A stretch of 64,000 bases of DNA from contig OY970332.1 in NCBI GenBank assembly GCA_963717435.1, forward strand, positions 64,001-128,000, given 5' to 3'. Positions 10,718-21,328 of the stretch are shown here, piece after piece. The translations under genes and the position numbers were made by a program. This DNA is from an uncultured bacterium. Its GTDB lineage: Bacteria > Babelota > Babeliae > Babelales > Babelaceae. Within the stretch, counting starts at the first letter, position 1, and every line of letters starts with the position of its first letter. A model generated the notes under the pieces. That model had not been told where the DNA came from. It searched no databases and saw only the letters and a program-made list of their open reading frames with translations.

Positions 10718-10764
10718 CCAATTAAAGTTGTTTTAGAGTTTTGGAAGAGATCTATTATAAAAAA

Positions 10765-10811
10765 TATAGCTAATCGCCCGAAGATATAAATATGCGGGGA
10801 GATTAGCTATA
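10765..10811 (-). terminator. Intrinsic terminator after rplQ
   Basis: TATAGCTAATC..CCG / CGG..GATTAGCTATA stem with an adjacent A tract (U tract on minus). Confidence 0.65.
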
Positions 10812-10908
10812 AAAAATTTAATTTTAATTAACTTAAAATATTTAAAAATAAAATAATTAAATAATTTAATTAATTGTTATTAAGTTATTTTAAAATAAGT
10901 TATGCAAT

Positions 10909-11268
10909 TTATGCAACCCATTCAAGACGAGCTATAGTAGCCGTATCGCTAACTCTACGTCCCATAGGAATTATTCTTGTATATCCGCCAGGACGTTGGA
11001 CGTATTTTGGCGCGATATCAACAAACAATTTTTCAATAGACTCTTGTTTATATGGCATTAAAGATAAAACTTTACGACGATTATTAAAATCGTTGCCAGA
11101 ACGAGCTATTGTTACAAGTTTTTCAACAAAGCGACGAACTTCTTGGGCACGCGCTTTTGTTGTTACCAAATGACCGTTGTCAATAAAAGATATAGCTTGG
11201 TTACGGATCATAGCTTTTTTATGAGCAGAGCCCATATTAAGCTTTACCCTACCGTTTTGATGTTTCAT
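10909..11268 (-). CDS. rplQ: 50S ribosomal protein L17
   Basis: MKHQ start, TTKARA, RPGGYTRI. Confidence 0.95.
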   Translation of the reverse strand: MKHQNGRVKLNMGSAHKKAMIRNQAISFIDNGHLVTTKARAQEVRRFVEKLVTIARSGNDFNNRRKVLSLMPYKQESIEKLFVDIAPKYVQRPGGYTRIIPMGRRVSDTATIARLEWVA

Positions 11269-12331
11269 TCTCAGATCCTCTGTTTTGTTGCTCAAGCAAT
11301 TTTTTCACATCTTCTTCTTTAATGTCCATCCCGAAAGATAAACCAAAAGACTTCATGCTCTCTTTAACTTCTGTTGAAGACTTACGACCAAAGTTTTTAA
11401 TTCTAAGTACGTCATCTTCTGACAAATTAACAAGATCGATAATTCTCTTGATCCCTGCGTTAATTAGACAGTTATGTGCACGAACAGAAAGTTCAAGCTC
11501 ATCTATTGGCTTTAAAAGAAGTTCAACTGGAACGCCTTTAAGACCAAATTGAGAAGGCTCAAGTGGCTTCTCTTCTTTTTCTTCGACAGGGTGAACAGAT
11601 ATCTCGTTAAATGGAATCTCTGTTGCTATCAAGAAATGCTCTAACTGCGTTCTCAAAACAGAAACTGCATAATGAAGAACATCGACAGGCGTCTCAGATG
11701 CATCTGTATGTATTTGTAGTATAAGCTTATCAAAATCTATATCTCTACCAACACGCGTCTTTTCAACTTCAAATGTAACTTGTCTTACAGGAGAAAATGT
11801 AGCGTCTATATAAATCTTGTCGTCTTCTTGCAAAGCTTGCCCGATTGGCCACTTAGCAGCCTGATAACCACGACCAGATTCTACAAAGAATTCTATGTCG
11901 AGTGAGCCGCCTTGTGAGACATTTGCAATTACATGATCAAGATTTACTAGCTCAAGATGCTCGTCTGCAACTATATTGGCTACAGTTGCAACAGATTTGC
12001 CTTGAACAGACAGCTTCATTTTGCCGGGCTTGCCCGTTTTGTTTTTTATAACTATCTGCTTAATATTAAGGACAACCTGCATAGCGTCTTCTTCTACGCC
12101 AGGAAGCACAGAAAATTCGTTATTGACACCTTTTATAATAACAGCAGTAACAGCAGAACCTTCAACTCCACCAAGCAAAATACGTCTTAGTGCGTTCCCT
12201 AAAGTTATACCGAACCCAGGCTCAAGCGGCTGCGCCACAAGCTCACCAAAAAAGTTTTTAAGAGTTTTGGTGGTCCAGCTAATTTTAGGAATAGTTAAAG
12301 ATTGATACTCCCTATTAACAGTTTTAGACAT
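11249..12331 (-). CDS. rpoA: RNA polymerase subunit alpha
   Basis: PLEPGFGITLGNALRRILL, LELSVRAHNCL, NFGRKS. Confidence 0.98.
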   Translation of the reverse strand: MSKTVNREYQSLTIPKISWTTKTLKNFFGELVAQPLEPGFGITLGNALRRILLGGVEGSAVTAVIIKGVNNEFSVLPGVEEDAMQVVLNIKQIVIKNKTGKPGKMKLSVQGKSVATVANIVADEHLELVNLDHVIANVSQGGSLDIEFFVESGRGYQAAKWPIGQALQEDDKIYIDATFSPVRQVTFEVEKTRVGRDIDFDKLILQIHTDASETPVDVLHYAVSVLRTQLEHFLIATEIPFNEISVHPVEEKEEKPLEPSQFGLKGVPVELLLKPIDELELSVRAHNCLINAGIKRIIDLVNLSEDDVLRIKNFGRKSSTEVKESMKSFGLSFGMDIKEEDVKKLLEQQNRGSENETSKR

Positions 12332-12348
12332 AATAATCCCCCTAATGT

Positions 12349-12933
12349 TTACTTGGAGTATAACTCAACTACCAAGTGCTCTTCGATTGGAACTTGAATA
12401 TCAGAACGGACAGGATTACGCAAAACTATACCTTTGCGATTTTTCTTGTCCAACTCTAGCCATTCAGGGACCTTAGCACCTGTATTCATACGTTTTTCAA
12501 TAACAGTTTGCAAAAATTCAGACTTAGCTTCTACGTTAGGAGCAAGTGTAATTTGGTCGTTAACAGAAACCAAAAACGACGGCGAGTAAACTCTTGAGCC
12601 ATTAACAAAGATATGTCCATGGACTATAATTTGACGCGCTTGGGTTCTTGTTGTCGCAAGCTTTAGGCGATAAACCACGTTATCAAGTCTTCTTTCAAGC
12701 AAGCTTAATAAAGCTTCACCCGTAGCTTCTCTTGAAGTTGTAGCTATATCAAAGAAACGAACGAATTGGCGCTCGCGCATACCGTACATCTCTTTAACTT
12801 TTTGTTTTTCTTCTAATTGACGCCCATACTCACTTACTTTTCTGGAACGCTTTTTTTGCGCCGGAGCAGCTTCTGAACCAGAACGTGAAGATGCAGGATT
12901 TGTTGATTTTTTTTCGACAGTTTTCTTTTCCAT
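12349..12933 (-). CDS. rpsD: 30S ribosomal protein S4 (atypical N-terminus)
   Basis: [30 protein letters not shown]. Confidence 0.96.
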   Translation of the reverse strand: MEKKTVEKKSTNPASSRSGSEAAPAQKKRSRKVSEYGRQLEEKQKVKEMYGMRERQFVRFFDIATTSREATGEALLSLLERRLDNVVYRLKLATTRTQARQIIVHGHIFVNGSRVYSPSFLVSVNDQITLAPNVEAKSEFLQTVIEKRMNTGAKVPEWLELDKKNRKGIVLRNPVRSDIQVPIEEHLVVELYSK

Positions 12934-12962
12934 CGTTAAACTTTCTTAAAACTTTTTAGCTA

Positions 12963-13346
12963 TTAAACGCGACGCTTCTTAGGAGCACGGCAACCATTAT
13001 GAGGAAGCGGTGTCACATCGCGCAATATGGAAACATTGATACCAGAAGATTGAAATGCTCTAGCGATAGAGTCTCTTCCAGCACCTGGTCCTTGAAGATT
13101 AACTTCAATTTGACGAACACCCAAAACGGCCATTTCTTTAGCTAGAGCAGCACCGATTTGAGAGGCAGCGAAAGGAGTACCTTTTCTTGCACCCTTAAAG
13201 CCCAATTTTCCTGCACTTGAACGTAAGACGACATCGCCTTCTACTGTTGTGATAGAAACAAGTGTATTGTTAAATGTAGCTTTTACATGCGCGACGGCTG
13301 TATCTAGCTGCAGCTTGCCTTTTTTAGCTTTTTTCTTATATACCAT
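12963..13346 (-). CDS. rpsK: 30S ribosomal protein S11
   Basis: TFNNT, GFKGARKGTPFAA, DVTPLPHNGCR. Confidence 0.98.
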   Translation of the reverse strand: MVYKKKAKKGKLQLDTAVAHVKATFNNTLVSITTVEGDVVLRSSAGKLGFKGARKGTPFAASQIGAALAKEMAVLGVRQIEVNLQGPGAGRDSIARAFQSSGINVSILRDVTPLPHNGCRAPKKRRV

Positions 13347-13405
13347 ACCAATTAATTCCCAGTTACTTCCAGTTAATTTCTAGAACTATTTTTTATTATT
13401 TAGAA

Positions 13406-13795
13406 TTATTTCTTAGTTACTTTACGCTTTAATGCAACAGCGGACCCAGCTTTACGAGGACCTTTTCTTGTTCTTGCATTAGTCTTAGTTCTTTGACCTC
13501 TTACTGGAAGAGATTTTTTATGACGGGTACCTCTGTAAGAACCAATACGTACCAATCTATCTATATCTGCCCTGATGGTTTTACGAAGTTCACCTTCGGT
13601 AAGATAATTGCTAGATACTTCTTTTTGAATCGCCCCAACTTCATCGTTGGTCAAATCTTTGACACGCTTGTCAAAGCTAATTTTCAACTTGGTTAGAATA
13701 TCTTGAGATCTCTTCAAGCCTATTCCAAAAACATAGGTCAATCCGTATTCGATACGTTTATTGTTCGGTAAATTGACGCCTTCTATTCGTGCCAT
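13406..13795 (-). CDS. rpsM: 30S ribosomal protein S13
   Basis: [24 protein letters not shown]. Confidence 0.98.
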   Translation of the reverse strand: MARIEGVNLPNNKRIEYGLTYVFGIGLKRSQDILTKLKISFDKRVKDLTNDEVGAIQKEVSSNYLTEGELRKTIRADIDRLVRIGSYRGTRHKKSLPVRGQRTKTNARTRKGPRKAGSAVALKRKVTKK

Positions 13796-13837
13796 ATTAT
13801 CCTCTTAGACTGATTAATTTTTAACCCCAAATTACCT

Positions 13838-13954
13838 TTATCCTTGACGCTGTTTATGTCTTGGATTCTTTTTGCATAGTACGCGTACAACTCCAGCGCG
13901 ATTTACTATGCTACAGTCACGGCAAATTGGCTTAACTGATGTTCTTACTTTCAT
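13838..13954 (-). CDS. rpmJ: 50S ribosomal protein L36 (zinc-binding type; absent from ORF track)
   Basis: Manual translation [38 protein letters not shown]. Confidence 0.97.
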   Translation of the reverse strand: MKVRTSVKPICRDCSIVNRAGVVRVLCKKNPRHKQRQG

Positions 13955-14008
13955 AACCTGTACCCTATATATTAATTATTAATATTATTTATATTTTTAT
14001 AATAAATT

Positions 14009-14236
14009 TTAATTTTTGTATCTCAACACAATTCTACCGCGCGTTAAATCGTAGGGCGAAAGCTCCAACGCAACTTTATCGCCAGGCAAAATTCTAATAT
14101 AGTGCATACGCATCTTGCCTGATACATGACCAAGCACTATATGACCACCTTCAATTTCAACTCTAAACATAGCGTTTGGCAAAGTTTCTTTAACTATGCC
14201 ATCAACTCTTATAACGTCATCTTTAGATTGTTTCAT
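14009..14236 (-). CDS. infA: Translation initiation factor IF-1
   Basis: [33 protein letters not shown]. Confidence 0.98.
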   Translation of the reverse strand: MKQSKDDVIRVDGIVKETLPNAMFRVEIEGGHIVLGHVSGKMRMHYIRILPGDKVALELSPYDLTRGRIVLRYKN

Positions 14237-14246
14237 ACAACCCTTT

Positions 14247-15002
14247 TTAAAATCTTGTTAAAATTCGCGGACCATTTTCAGTAACTAAAATGGTATCCTC
14301 TACATGGGCAGCCAAACTTCTATCAGTCGTTCTTGCTGTCCAACCATCATTTTCTACTATAATTTTATAAGAACCCATTGTTATCATGGGTTCAAGAGCA
14401 AATGTCATTCCGGAGGTAAGCTTTACGCCTCTGCCAGGTTTGCCATAATTTAATATTTCAGGATCTTCGTGCATAGACTTGCCAATCCCGTGACCAGCAA
14501 AATCTCGTACTACACCAAAACCATTTTTCTCAACAACTTGCTGTATTGCAGCAGATATATCTGACAAAAAATCACCAGGTCGCATCATGCTTATTCCAGC
14601 ATCTAACGACTCGTAGGCAACATCTACCAGCTTTTTTGCAGAGTCTGACGGGGCGACCCCATCAACAAAAAAACATCTTGTCATATCAGCGCAGTAGCCG
14701 CTGTAAGAGGCGCACACGTCGATCTTAACAAGATCTGATTTTTTAAGTTTTTTCGCTTCTTGCGGAACTCCGTGAACAACTTCGTCATTTATTGATATAC
14801 AACTTGAATGTCGATATGTTCCGTAACCCTTAGTTGCAGAAACAAGCTTATTTTCCTGAAGTTTTTTTGAGATCCAAGTATCGATATCTAATGTACTAAT
14901 CCCAGGTTTTATAACATCGGGAATTTCTAAAAATATTTGCGACAAAAGTCTTCCGGCAGTTGCCATTTTTTCTATCGCCATTTTATTTTTTATAGTAATC
15001 AT
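14247..15002 (-). CDS. map: Methionine aminopeptidase type I
   Basis: [30 protein letters not shown]. Confidence 0.97.
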   Translation of the reverse strand: MITIKNKMAIEKMATAGRLLSQIFLEIPDVIKPGISTLDIDTWISKKLQENKLVSATKGYGTYRHSSCISINDEVVHGVPQEAKKLKKSDLVKIDVCASYSGYCADMTRCFFVDGVAPSDSAKKLVDVAYESLDAGISMMRPGDFLSDISAAIQQVVEKNGFGVVRDFAGHGIGKSMHEDPEILNYGKPGRGVKLTSGMTFALEPMITMGSYKIIVENDGWTARTTDRSLAAHVEDTILVTENGPRILTRF

Positions 15003-15697
15003 AAACTCTGCTTAGACCCAATCAACTCCATAAATTGTCCAAATACATTTTCAAGAGGCTGTTCAACGATTAAATCGCCTTTAAACATACCAACCGACTT
15101 GTAAAATTCTACTAGATCGTTGGCGTGCTTATGATAAACAACAAGCCTATTTTTTACCGCTTCTTCACTATCATCTGCTCTTCTAATCAATGGACTTGTG
15201 CAAGATTCACAAAGATCGCCCCTTGTTGATGTCAAATTAGAATTCTTGCTAGCAGAATAAACCATCTGACAGCTACTATTTTGACAAATCAATCTTGATG
15301 ACAATCTAGAAACCACAGTTTGATCTTCTACTTTTAACTTTATAACGTTAAGTTTTGCAGCAAGCTTCAAATCAGAATGTAATGCATCATGAAGGGCCTG
15401 TGCTTGAGCCAAAGTTCTTGGAAATCCGTCCAATATAACTGAGTCCAAATTTGTATTTTGGGAACTTAACCATTCAACAACCATCGAAGTTATAAGACTA
15501 TCAGGTATAAGTTTACCAGATTTTATAGCAAAATCTATATCTTTACCTATGGAAGTTTGTTCAGAAATATGTCTTCTGCAAAGGTTTCCTGTGGATAATT
15601 GGCTCCATCCAAGGCGCTTAACGCACAGTTGAGAGAGGGAGCCTTTTCCGGCTCCCGGTGGCCCAATAAATATATATACCTGTCTAGTAGTATTCAT
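14999..15697 (-). CDS. adk: Adenylate kinase (Cys4 LID)
   Basis: GPPGAGKG, LDGFPRT, RRADD. Confidence 0.96.
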   Translation of the reverse strand: MNTTRQVYIFIGPPGAGKGSLSQLCVKRLGWSQLSTGNLCRRHISEQTSIGKDIDFAIKSGKLIPDSLITSMVVEWLSSQNTNLDSVILDGFPRTLAQAQALHDALHSDLKLAAKLNVIKLKVEDQTVVSRLSSRLICQNSSCQMVYSASKNSNLTSTRGDLCESCTSPLIRRADDSEEAVKNRLVVYHKHANDLVEFYKSVGMFKGDLIVEQPLENVFGQFMELIGSKQSL

Positions 15698-15701
15698 GCT
15701 A

Positions 15702-17027
15702 TTAAGAGGTCCTGCTTTTCAATTTGCTACCAGATGGCAAAAAGCCTTCGTATTTGTTTTCAATTAGATAGGCTTCTATTTGAGCAGATGTCTCAAGCGC
15801 GACTCCAACTACGATCAAAAGCGACGTTCCGCCTACCGGAAATGGTATGCCAAAAGCCAAATTTAATATATTTGGTAATATCGCAAGAAGACCAAGATAA
15901 ATAGCGCCGATTAAGCCTATTCTATTTAAAATATAATCGAAATAATCAGCTGTTTTTTTGCCAGGTCTGATACCTAAGATAAATCCTCCACTCTTTTTCA
16001 TGTTTTCAGCTAATTCCGTAGGATTAAACTGTATAGCGGTGTAAACGTACGAAAACATGATTATAAGTGCAAAATCTAAAGCGTTATATAAAAGACCTTT
16101 GTTAAGAGCTTCGGCTAGCCATTTAAATACACCAAACTTGTCTGACAACGCACCAATTATAAATAACGGGACGTTAAGAACAGAGCTTGCAAATATTACA
16201 GGCATAACACCGGCGGTATTAATCTTAAATGGTATATAAGTACTTTGGCCTCCATAAACACGTTGGCCAATTATTCTTCTTGCATATTGCACAGGAATTT
16301 TGCGGTCGCCTTTTTCAAGAAAGACTATGCAACCTGCGACAAAGATAAATATTGCCAAAATTAATAGAGCAGTAGTTAACCCGATTGACCCTGTTTGAAC
16401 AGAATATATAATACGAATTATACTATCAGGAAACTTCGCTATAATTCCGGCAAAAATTATCATTGAACTGCCTTGCCCGATACCAAAAAGAGATATCTGT
16501 TCAGACAGCCACATGACAAAAATACAACCAACTGTCATAGAAAGAGTAAATATAAACTTAAATCCAAGCCCTGAATAAAGTAGCAAGCCAGGTGTTGATA
16601 CGTTGGCAGCTTCTAAAGAAAAAGCATAAGCCAAACTATAACCAACACTTAAAATAGCAGCCAAATATCTGGTATATTGGTTTATAACTTTACGACCATA
16701 ATCACCTTCTTTTGCAAGTTGTTCCAAAGCAGGAACTGACATGCTCAAAAGCTGCATCATAATCGAAGCAGTTATATAGGGCCCGATGCCGAGTGCAAAT
16801 AAAGTGCAGTACTGTAAAGATCCACCAGAGAATATATCAAGATATCCCAATAACCCACCAAGCATAGTTTGTCTTTTCATGTATTCAGCAAGCAGGTGTG
16901 AATTAATACCTATTACTGGAATATATGACCCAATTCTAAACACTATGAGCACAAAAAATGTGAATAATATTTTCTTAACCAGCTCGGGTATTAAAAAAAT
17001 ATTTTTAAAATTCTTAAGTAGAACCAC
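15702..17027 (-). CDS. secY: Preprotein translocase SecY
   Basis: ALGIGPYITASI, IPVQYA, GVMPVIFA, GIRPG, GGTSLLIVV. Confidence 0.98.
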   Translation of the reverse strand: MVLLKNFKNIFLIPELVKKILFTFFVLIVFRIGSYIPVIGINSHLLAEYMKRQTMLGGLLGYLDIFSGGSLQYCTLFALGIGPYITASIMMQLLSMSVPALEQLAKEGDYGRKVINQYTRYLAAILSVGYSLAYAFSLEAANVSTPGLLLYSGLGFKFIFTLSMTVGCIFVMWLSEQISLFGIGQGSSMIIFAGIIAKFPDSIIRIIYSVQTGSIGLTTALLILAIFIFVAGCIVFLEKGDRKIPVQYARRIIGQRVYGGQSTYIPFKINTAGVMPVIFASSVLNVPLFIIGALSDKFGVFKWLAEALNKGLLYNALDFALIIMFSYVYTAIQFNPTELAENMKKSGGFILGIRPGKKTADYFDYILNRIGLIGAIYLGLLAILPNILNLAFGIPFPVGGTSLLIVVGVALETSAQIEAYLIENKYEGFLPSGSKLKSRTS

Positions 17028-17031
17028 AGCC

Positions 17032-17475
17032 CTACATCTCCTTTGTCAAAAGCGCTTTCCCACCAACTTTTTCAATTGCTTCTTTTGCAGATTTGCTAAA
17101 AGCATCTGCTTTAACGTTAAGCTTTTTATCGATAGACCCATTACCTAAAACTTTAAGTAAAGCTCCAAATTTTCCAGCGATAAGACCAGCTTCGATCAAA
17201 AGATCTCTATTAACTTCTTGATCCGCTTTGAAAACTTCTGAAAGCTTAGATATGCTTATGATCTCATAAGCAGTTTCAAAATTCTTGTTATTAAAACCTC
17301 TCTTTGGAAGTCTTCTTGTCAAAGGGCTTTGTCCGCCTTCAAACACAACACCTAGTGTTGGTCCAGAGCGAGCTTTTTGTCCTTTTGATCCACGACCAGA
17401 TGTACCGCCACGGGCACCGCCGCGACCTATACGTTTTCTCTTTTTTCCCAAAGAGCTTAAATTACTTAGTTGCAT
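17032..17475 (-). CDS. rplO: 50S ribosomal protein L15
   Basis: RIGRG, GQKARSG, FEGGQ, RRLPKRGF. Confidence 0.97.
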   Translation of the reverse strand: MQLSNLSSLGKKRKRIGRGGARGGTSGRGSKGQKARSGPTLGVVFEGGQSPLTRRLPKRGFNNKNFETAYEIISISKLSEVFKADQEVNRDLLIEAGLIAGKFGALLKVLGNGSIDKKLNVKADAFSKSAKEAIEKVGGKALLTKEM

Positions 17476-17495
17476 AATCTTTTATTTCCTGATTA

Positions 17496-17999
17496 TTACT
17501 GTTCTTTAACCAACTGAGCGATATCCATACCACGCAGCTTAGCTATTCTTGAAGCCGAACGGCATTTAGCTAGTGCATTTAATGTAGCTTTAGCAACGTT
17601 TTGTCCACATTTTGATGTGCCCACACTTTTTGCTAAAACATCTTTGATTCCGCAAGCTATCATAATAGCACGAACGGCACCACCAGCGATAACACCAGTA
17701 CCTTTATAGCCTGGTCTTATTTCAACTTTGCTAGCACCATGTCTACCAGCTACGTTATAGGGAACAGTTGTTCCTCTTAGGGAGACAGGAATCATATTTT
17801 TACGTGCAGAAATTGTAGCTTTGGCTATAGCTGAAGAAACCTCACGGCTCTTACCAAGACCAATACCTACGTTTCCAGCTTGATCACCTGAAACTACAAA
17901 GGCTGAGAAAGAAAATCTCTTACCACCTTTTGTAACTTTGGTAACACGATTGACACTTACAACTGTGTCCACAAATTCTTTTTTCTTCTCTGACATCAC
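17496..17999 (-). CDS. rpsE: 30S ribosomal protein S5
   Basis: RVTKVTKGGKRFSF, GTGVIAGG. Confidence 0.97.
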   Translation of the reverse strand: MMSEKKKEFVDTVVSVNRVTKVTKGGKRFSFSAFVVSGDQAGNVGIGLGKSREVSSAIAKATISARKNMIPVSLRGTTVPYNVAGRHGASKVEIRPGYKGTGVIAGGAVRAIMIACGIKDVLAKSVGTSKCGQNVAKATLNALAKCRSASRIAKLRGMDIAQLVKEQ

Positions 18000-18012
18000 T
18001 TTTTCCTAAGTG

Positions 18013-18369
18013 TTAAATCTTAAGTCCACCTTCTCTAATACCTTCAGCTAGCGCCTTAACTCTGCCATGATACAAGAATGACCCTCTATCAAAAGCGGCT
18101 TTTGTTACGCCATGCTTCATAGCTCTTTCCGCTAGAGCTTTTCCAACTTCTTTGGCAATAGCTTTTTTATCACCTTTTAAGTTTTCAAGTTCTAAAGAAG
18201 AACAAGATACTAAAGTTTTTTGAACATTATCGTCTATAATTTGGGCATAAATATGCTTCAAACTTCTAAAAACCGAAACCCTGACGCCTTCACTGCTAGA
18301 AGAGATATTTTTTCTAACTCTTAGAGCACGTCTTTTATTTCTTTGGGCAATTTTTCTTTCTACTGACAC
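18013..18369 (-). CDS. rplR: 50S ribosomal protein L18
   Basis: [22 protein letters not shown]. Confidence 0.97.
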   Translation of the reverse strand: MSVERKIAQRNKRRALRVRKNISSSSEGVRVSVFRSLKHIYAQIIDDNVQKTLVSCSSLELENLKGDKKAIAKEVGKALAERAMKHGVTKAAFDRGSFLYHGRVKALAEGIREGGLKI

Positions 18370-18399
18370 ACGTACACCTTCTCGGGGTTATTTTAATAA

Positions 18400-18942
18400 T
18401 TAAGCAGATTTGGTTTTACCAGCCTTGCGCAATATAACTTCGGTCGCGTACTGTACACCGGTGCCTTTATATGGCTCAGGTGGTCTAAACGAACGAATTT
18501 CACTACAAACTTTACCCAACAAATCTTTATCAAAAGATTTGACTGTTAATAATTGTCCAGTTTTATCTGTTTCAATAGTAACATTTTTGGGTAAATTTAA
18601 ATCGATCTTGTGGCTAAACCCAAGAGAGAACTGGACTTTATTTCCAGAAACTTGTGCTTTAAATCCAAGACCGTTAATTTTAATTTGCTTTTCAAATACA
18701 GTATCAGAGCCTTTAATTGCGTTTGACAATAGCGCTCTGTGAAGTCCCCAAACTCTTCTAACGTCTGAGTTAAATTTATCTTCGGCACTGATTCTAAGCT
18801 GTTTGCCGTCTAAAGCTACAGTAAGCTCTTTAGGAAGTATATACACACCAGAAGACTTTTTTCCTGTGTAGTGTACTTCTTGACCTTTGACTTCTACTTT
18901 TGAACCGCCCACATCTATGGGTCTTCTACCAATCTTTGACAT
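18400..18942 (-). CDS. rplF: 50S ribosomal protein L6
   Basis: MSKIG, LGFSH, PPEPYKGTG. Confidence 0.97.
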   Translation of the reverse strand: MSKIGRRPIDVGGSKVEVKGQEVHYTGKKSSGVYILPKELTVALDGKQLRISAEDKFNSDVRRVWGLHRALLSNAIKGSDTVFEKQIKINGLGFKAQVSGNKVQFSLGFSHKIDLNLPKNVTIETDKTGQLLTVKSFDKDLLGKVCSEIRSFRPPEPYKGTGVQYATEVILRKAGKTKSA

Positions 18943-18948
18943 AAGTTC

Positions 18949-19344
18949 CTACCACACAGTACAGATTATCTCACCACCAACAGACTGCTGGCGAGCTTTT
19001 TTATTTGTCATTATGCCTTTGCTTGTAGACAAAATAGAAACGCCTAGTCCACCAATTACTGGACTAACGTCTGAAATGCTCTTGTAGACTCTGCGACCAG
19101 GAACGCTGACGCGGTCTATTTCGTGGATAGCGGATTCGCCATCAACATATTTAAGAGCAACTTTAATTTGCTTAAAGCCGGATTCATCATCAACAAGAGA
19201 AACAGATTTAACAAATCCCTCTTGCTCTAAAATTTGCGCGATCTGATATTTCATTTGTGAATGTGGAATCAAAACAAAGCGTTTTGAAGCCATCACTCCA
19301 TTACGAATTATCGTCAAAAAATCGCCGATTGTATCAATTGACAT
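18949..19344 (-). CDS. rpsH: 30S ribosomal protein S8
   Basis: DTIGDFLTIIRN, PGRRVY, GLGVSILSTSKG, GGEII. Confidence 0.97.
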   Translation of the reverse strand: MSIDTIGDFLTIIRNGVMASKRFVLIPHSQMKYQIAQILEQEGFVKSVSLVDDESGFKQIKVALKYVDGESAIHEIDRVSVPGRRVYKSISDVSPVIGGLGVSILSTSKGIMTNKKARQQSVGGEIICTVW

Positions 19345-19363
19345 TATAGTCCCTTTAGAAATT

Positions 19364-19549
19364 CTACCAACTTGTTTTCTTAACTCCAGGCAAAAGCCCA
19401 CGTAATGCCAAGTCTCTAAAACAGAGCCTGCACATCATAAAGGCCCCGATGTAACCTCTTGCTCTACCGCAGAGTTGACAACGATTTTTTTGTCTTGTAG
19501 AAAACTTTGGAGTTTTATTACTTTTTTCTATTAAAGCTTTTCTTGCCAT
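19364..19549 (-). CDS. rpsN: 30S ribosomal protein S14 (zinc type)
   Basis: RCQLCGR, CRLCFR, LPGVKK.SW. Confidence 0.97.
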   Translation of the reverse strand: MARKALIEKSNKTPKFSTRQKNRCQLCGRARGYIGAFMMCRLCFRDLALRGLLPGVKKTSW

Positions 19550-19560
19550 GCAATATACCT

Positions 19561-20109
19561 TTATTTACCTTTACGAAACGGCATACCAAAACTTTTCAGC
19601 AGCTCAAAACCATGCTGATCATTTTTTGCTGACGTATGAATGGTAATATTAAGACCGTGAACTTTATCTTGAGAAGCTTTTTCAGCTTCAGGAAAAATAA
19701 CCCAATCTTTGATCCCAAGATTATAACTACCACGACCATCAAGTTTAGTTGTTACACCTTGAAAGTCACGAACCTTAGGCAAAGATAGATTAATTAATTT
19801 ATCAAGAAAATTATACATAGCATCGCGACGCAATGTCACTTTAACGCCAATGGGCATACCTTCACGAATTTTGAAAGTAGCAATCGACTTACGAGCTAAG
19901 CATCTGACTGGTGCCTGACCACTTATATTTGCTACAACGTTAGAGATTAGTTGCAAGACTTTGCTATCTGCAACAGCTTCTTTGACACCAACGTTTAGCA
20001 CAATTTTTTCAATCTTTGGCACTTCCATTACGTTTTTTACACCAAGCTTGTCTTTAAGCTCTGGACGTAATTTCTCGAAATATAAATCTTTAAAACGCGC
20101 ACTTGCCAT
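19561..20109 (-). CDS. rplE: 50S ribosomal protein L5
   Basis: PKIEKIVLN, FKIREGMPIG, PKVRDFQG. Confidence 0.97.
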   Translation of the reverse strand: MASARFKDLYFEKLRPELKDKLGVKNVMEVPKIEKIVLNVGVKEAVADSKVLQLISNVVANISGQAPVRCLARKSIATFKIREGMPIGVKVTLRRDAMYNFLDKLINLSLPKVRDFQGVTTKLDGRGSYNLGIKDWVIFPEAEKASQDKVHGLNITIHTSAKNDQHGFELLKSFGMPFRKGK

Positions 20110-20133
20110 TTTTATTAAACCTTTATCCAATTA

Positions 20134-20445
20134 TCAAATAACTTCTTTGCAGTTGTTGCAAACACGCTGGCGCAGACCCGTATCCAGAACTTTTGAGTTT
20201 ACACGACATGGCTCTTTGCAAGATTGGCAGACAGGCATAACTTTGGACACATTAATATAAGTCTCTTGCTTCTTAATACCAGAAGCTTGACCCTGTTTAC
20301 GTGCTTTTAAGTGCTTGGTAACAACAGAAACACCCTGAACCAAAATTTGGTTATCTTTGGGAGAAACGTCTATAACTAAGCCTTGCTTGCCCTTATCTTT
20401 TCCTGCGATAACAACCACTGTATCATTTTTTTTAACACGCATCAT
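20134..20445 (-). CDS. rplX: 50S ribosomal protein L24
   Basis: KOW motif DTVVVIAGKDKGK; operon position. Confidence 0.96.
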   Translation of the reverse strand: MMRVKKNDTVVVIAGKDKGKQGLVIDVSPKDNQILVQGVSVVTKHLKARKQGQASGIKKQETYINVSKVMPVCQSCKEPCRVNSKVLDTGLRQRVCNNCKEVI

Positions 20446-20460
20446 AATAGTAATAACCTC

Positions 20461-20841
20461 CTATAGAACTTCTGGTGCCAATGAAATTATCTTGCTAAGA
20501 TCATGTCCAGACTGTCTCAACTCACGTGCGACAGGTCCGAAAACACGGGACCCTACTGGAGCCGTATCATCAACACTTTTAATTATTACGGCAGCATTGT
20601 CACCAAATCTTATATAACTACCATCAGAACGGCGTTGCTCTTTTTTGGCTCTAACGATAACAGCGGTAACAACGTCACCTTTTTTAACCAATCCACCAGG
20701 TATGGCTTTTTTTACTGCACATCTAATTAGGTCGCCTATGTATGCGATTTTTTTGCCGGTACTTCCAACAACGTGGATACATTGCAGAGCCTGAGCACCT
20801 GAATTATCTGCTACTTCTAAGTAAGTTTCTTTTTGAATCAT
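20461..20841 (-). CDS. rplN: 50S ribosomal protein L14
   Basis: [22 protein letters not shown]. Confidence 0.98.
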   Translation of the reverse strand: MIQKETYLEVADNSGAQALQCIHVVGSTGKKIAYIGDLIRCAVKKAIPGGLVKKGDVVTAVIVRAKKEQRRSDGSYIRFGDNAAVIIKSVDDTAPVGSRVFGPVARELRQSGHDLSKIISLAPEVL

Positions 20842-20862
20842 GATTTATATCCTTAAAAGCAA

Positions 20863-21135
20863 CTATTTGGTGTTGGCAGCAGAACGCACGACTTTATCTA
20901 AGTACATATATTTTGTCTTAGAAACAGGTCTGCCTTCATAGATTGAAACTACATCACCAACTTTGGCTTGTCCAAGCTCATCATGAACTTTATAAGTCTT
21001 TGAAGATCTTGTCACTTTGCCAAGAAGTTTGTGAACACTTGTAAGCTCAACTTCAACCACAACGGTTTTGTCCATCTTATCAGACACAACTTCACCAACT
21101 AGCGTACGCTTTGTTTTCTTTTTAACATCAACCAT
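20863..21135 (-). CDS. rpsQ: 30S ribosomal protein S17
   Basis: [19 protein letters not shown]. Confidence 0.96.
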   Translation of the reverse strand: MVDVKKKTKRTLVGEVVSDKMDKTVVVEVELTSVHKLLGKVTRSSKTYKVHDELGQAKVGDVVSIYEGRPVSKTKYMYLDKVVRSAANTK

Positions 21136-21325
21136 TTAAAGCCCTCAATTTAGTTAATACTCTGGCGATATCAGCGCGCAGTTTTTTAAACTTAGTGTGG
21201 TCCTTAACATGTTCCGTTGCAGAACTTAATCTCAAATTGCACAATTCATGTCTTAATGAATCTCTCTTTGATTCTAGTTCTTTAACAGATAGAGTGTTAA
21301 ATATTTCTTTTTCACTTTTATTCAT
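21128..21325 (-). CDS. rpmC: 50S ribosomal protein L29
   Basis: [10 protein letters not shown]; operon position. Confidence 0.93.
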   Translation of the reverse strand: MNKSEKEIFNTLSVKELESKRDSLRHELCNLRLSSATEHVKDHTKFKKLRADIARVLTKLRALNG

Positions 21326-21328
21326 GAT

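Noticed and set aside
10620-10734. ATTAAAGTT.TTTT on both sides of the intergenic element A as a target-site duplication
   Set aside because: The left copy is not adjacent to the element, the sequence is very AT-rich, and the coding copies show no equivalent.
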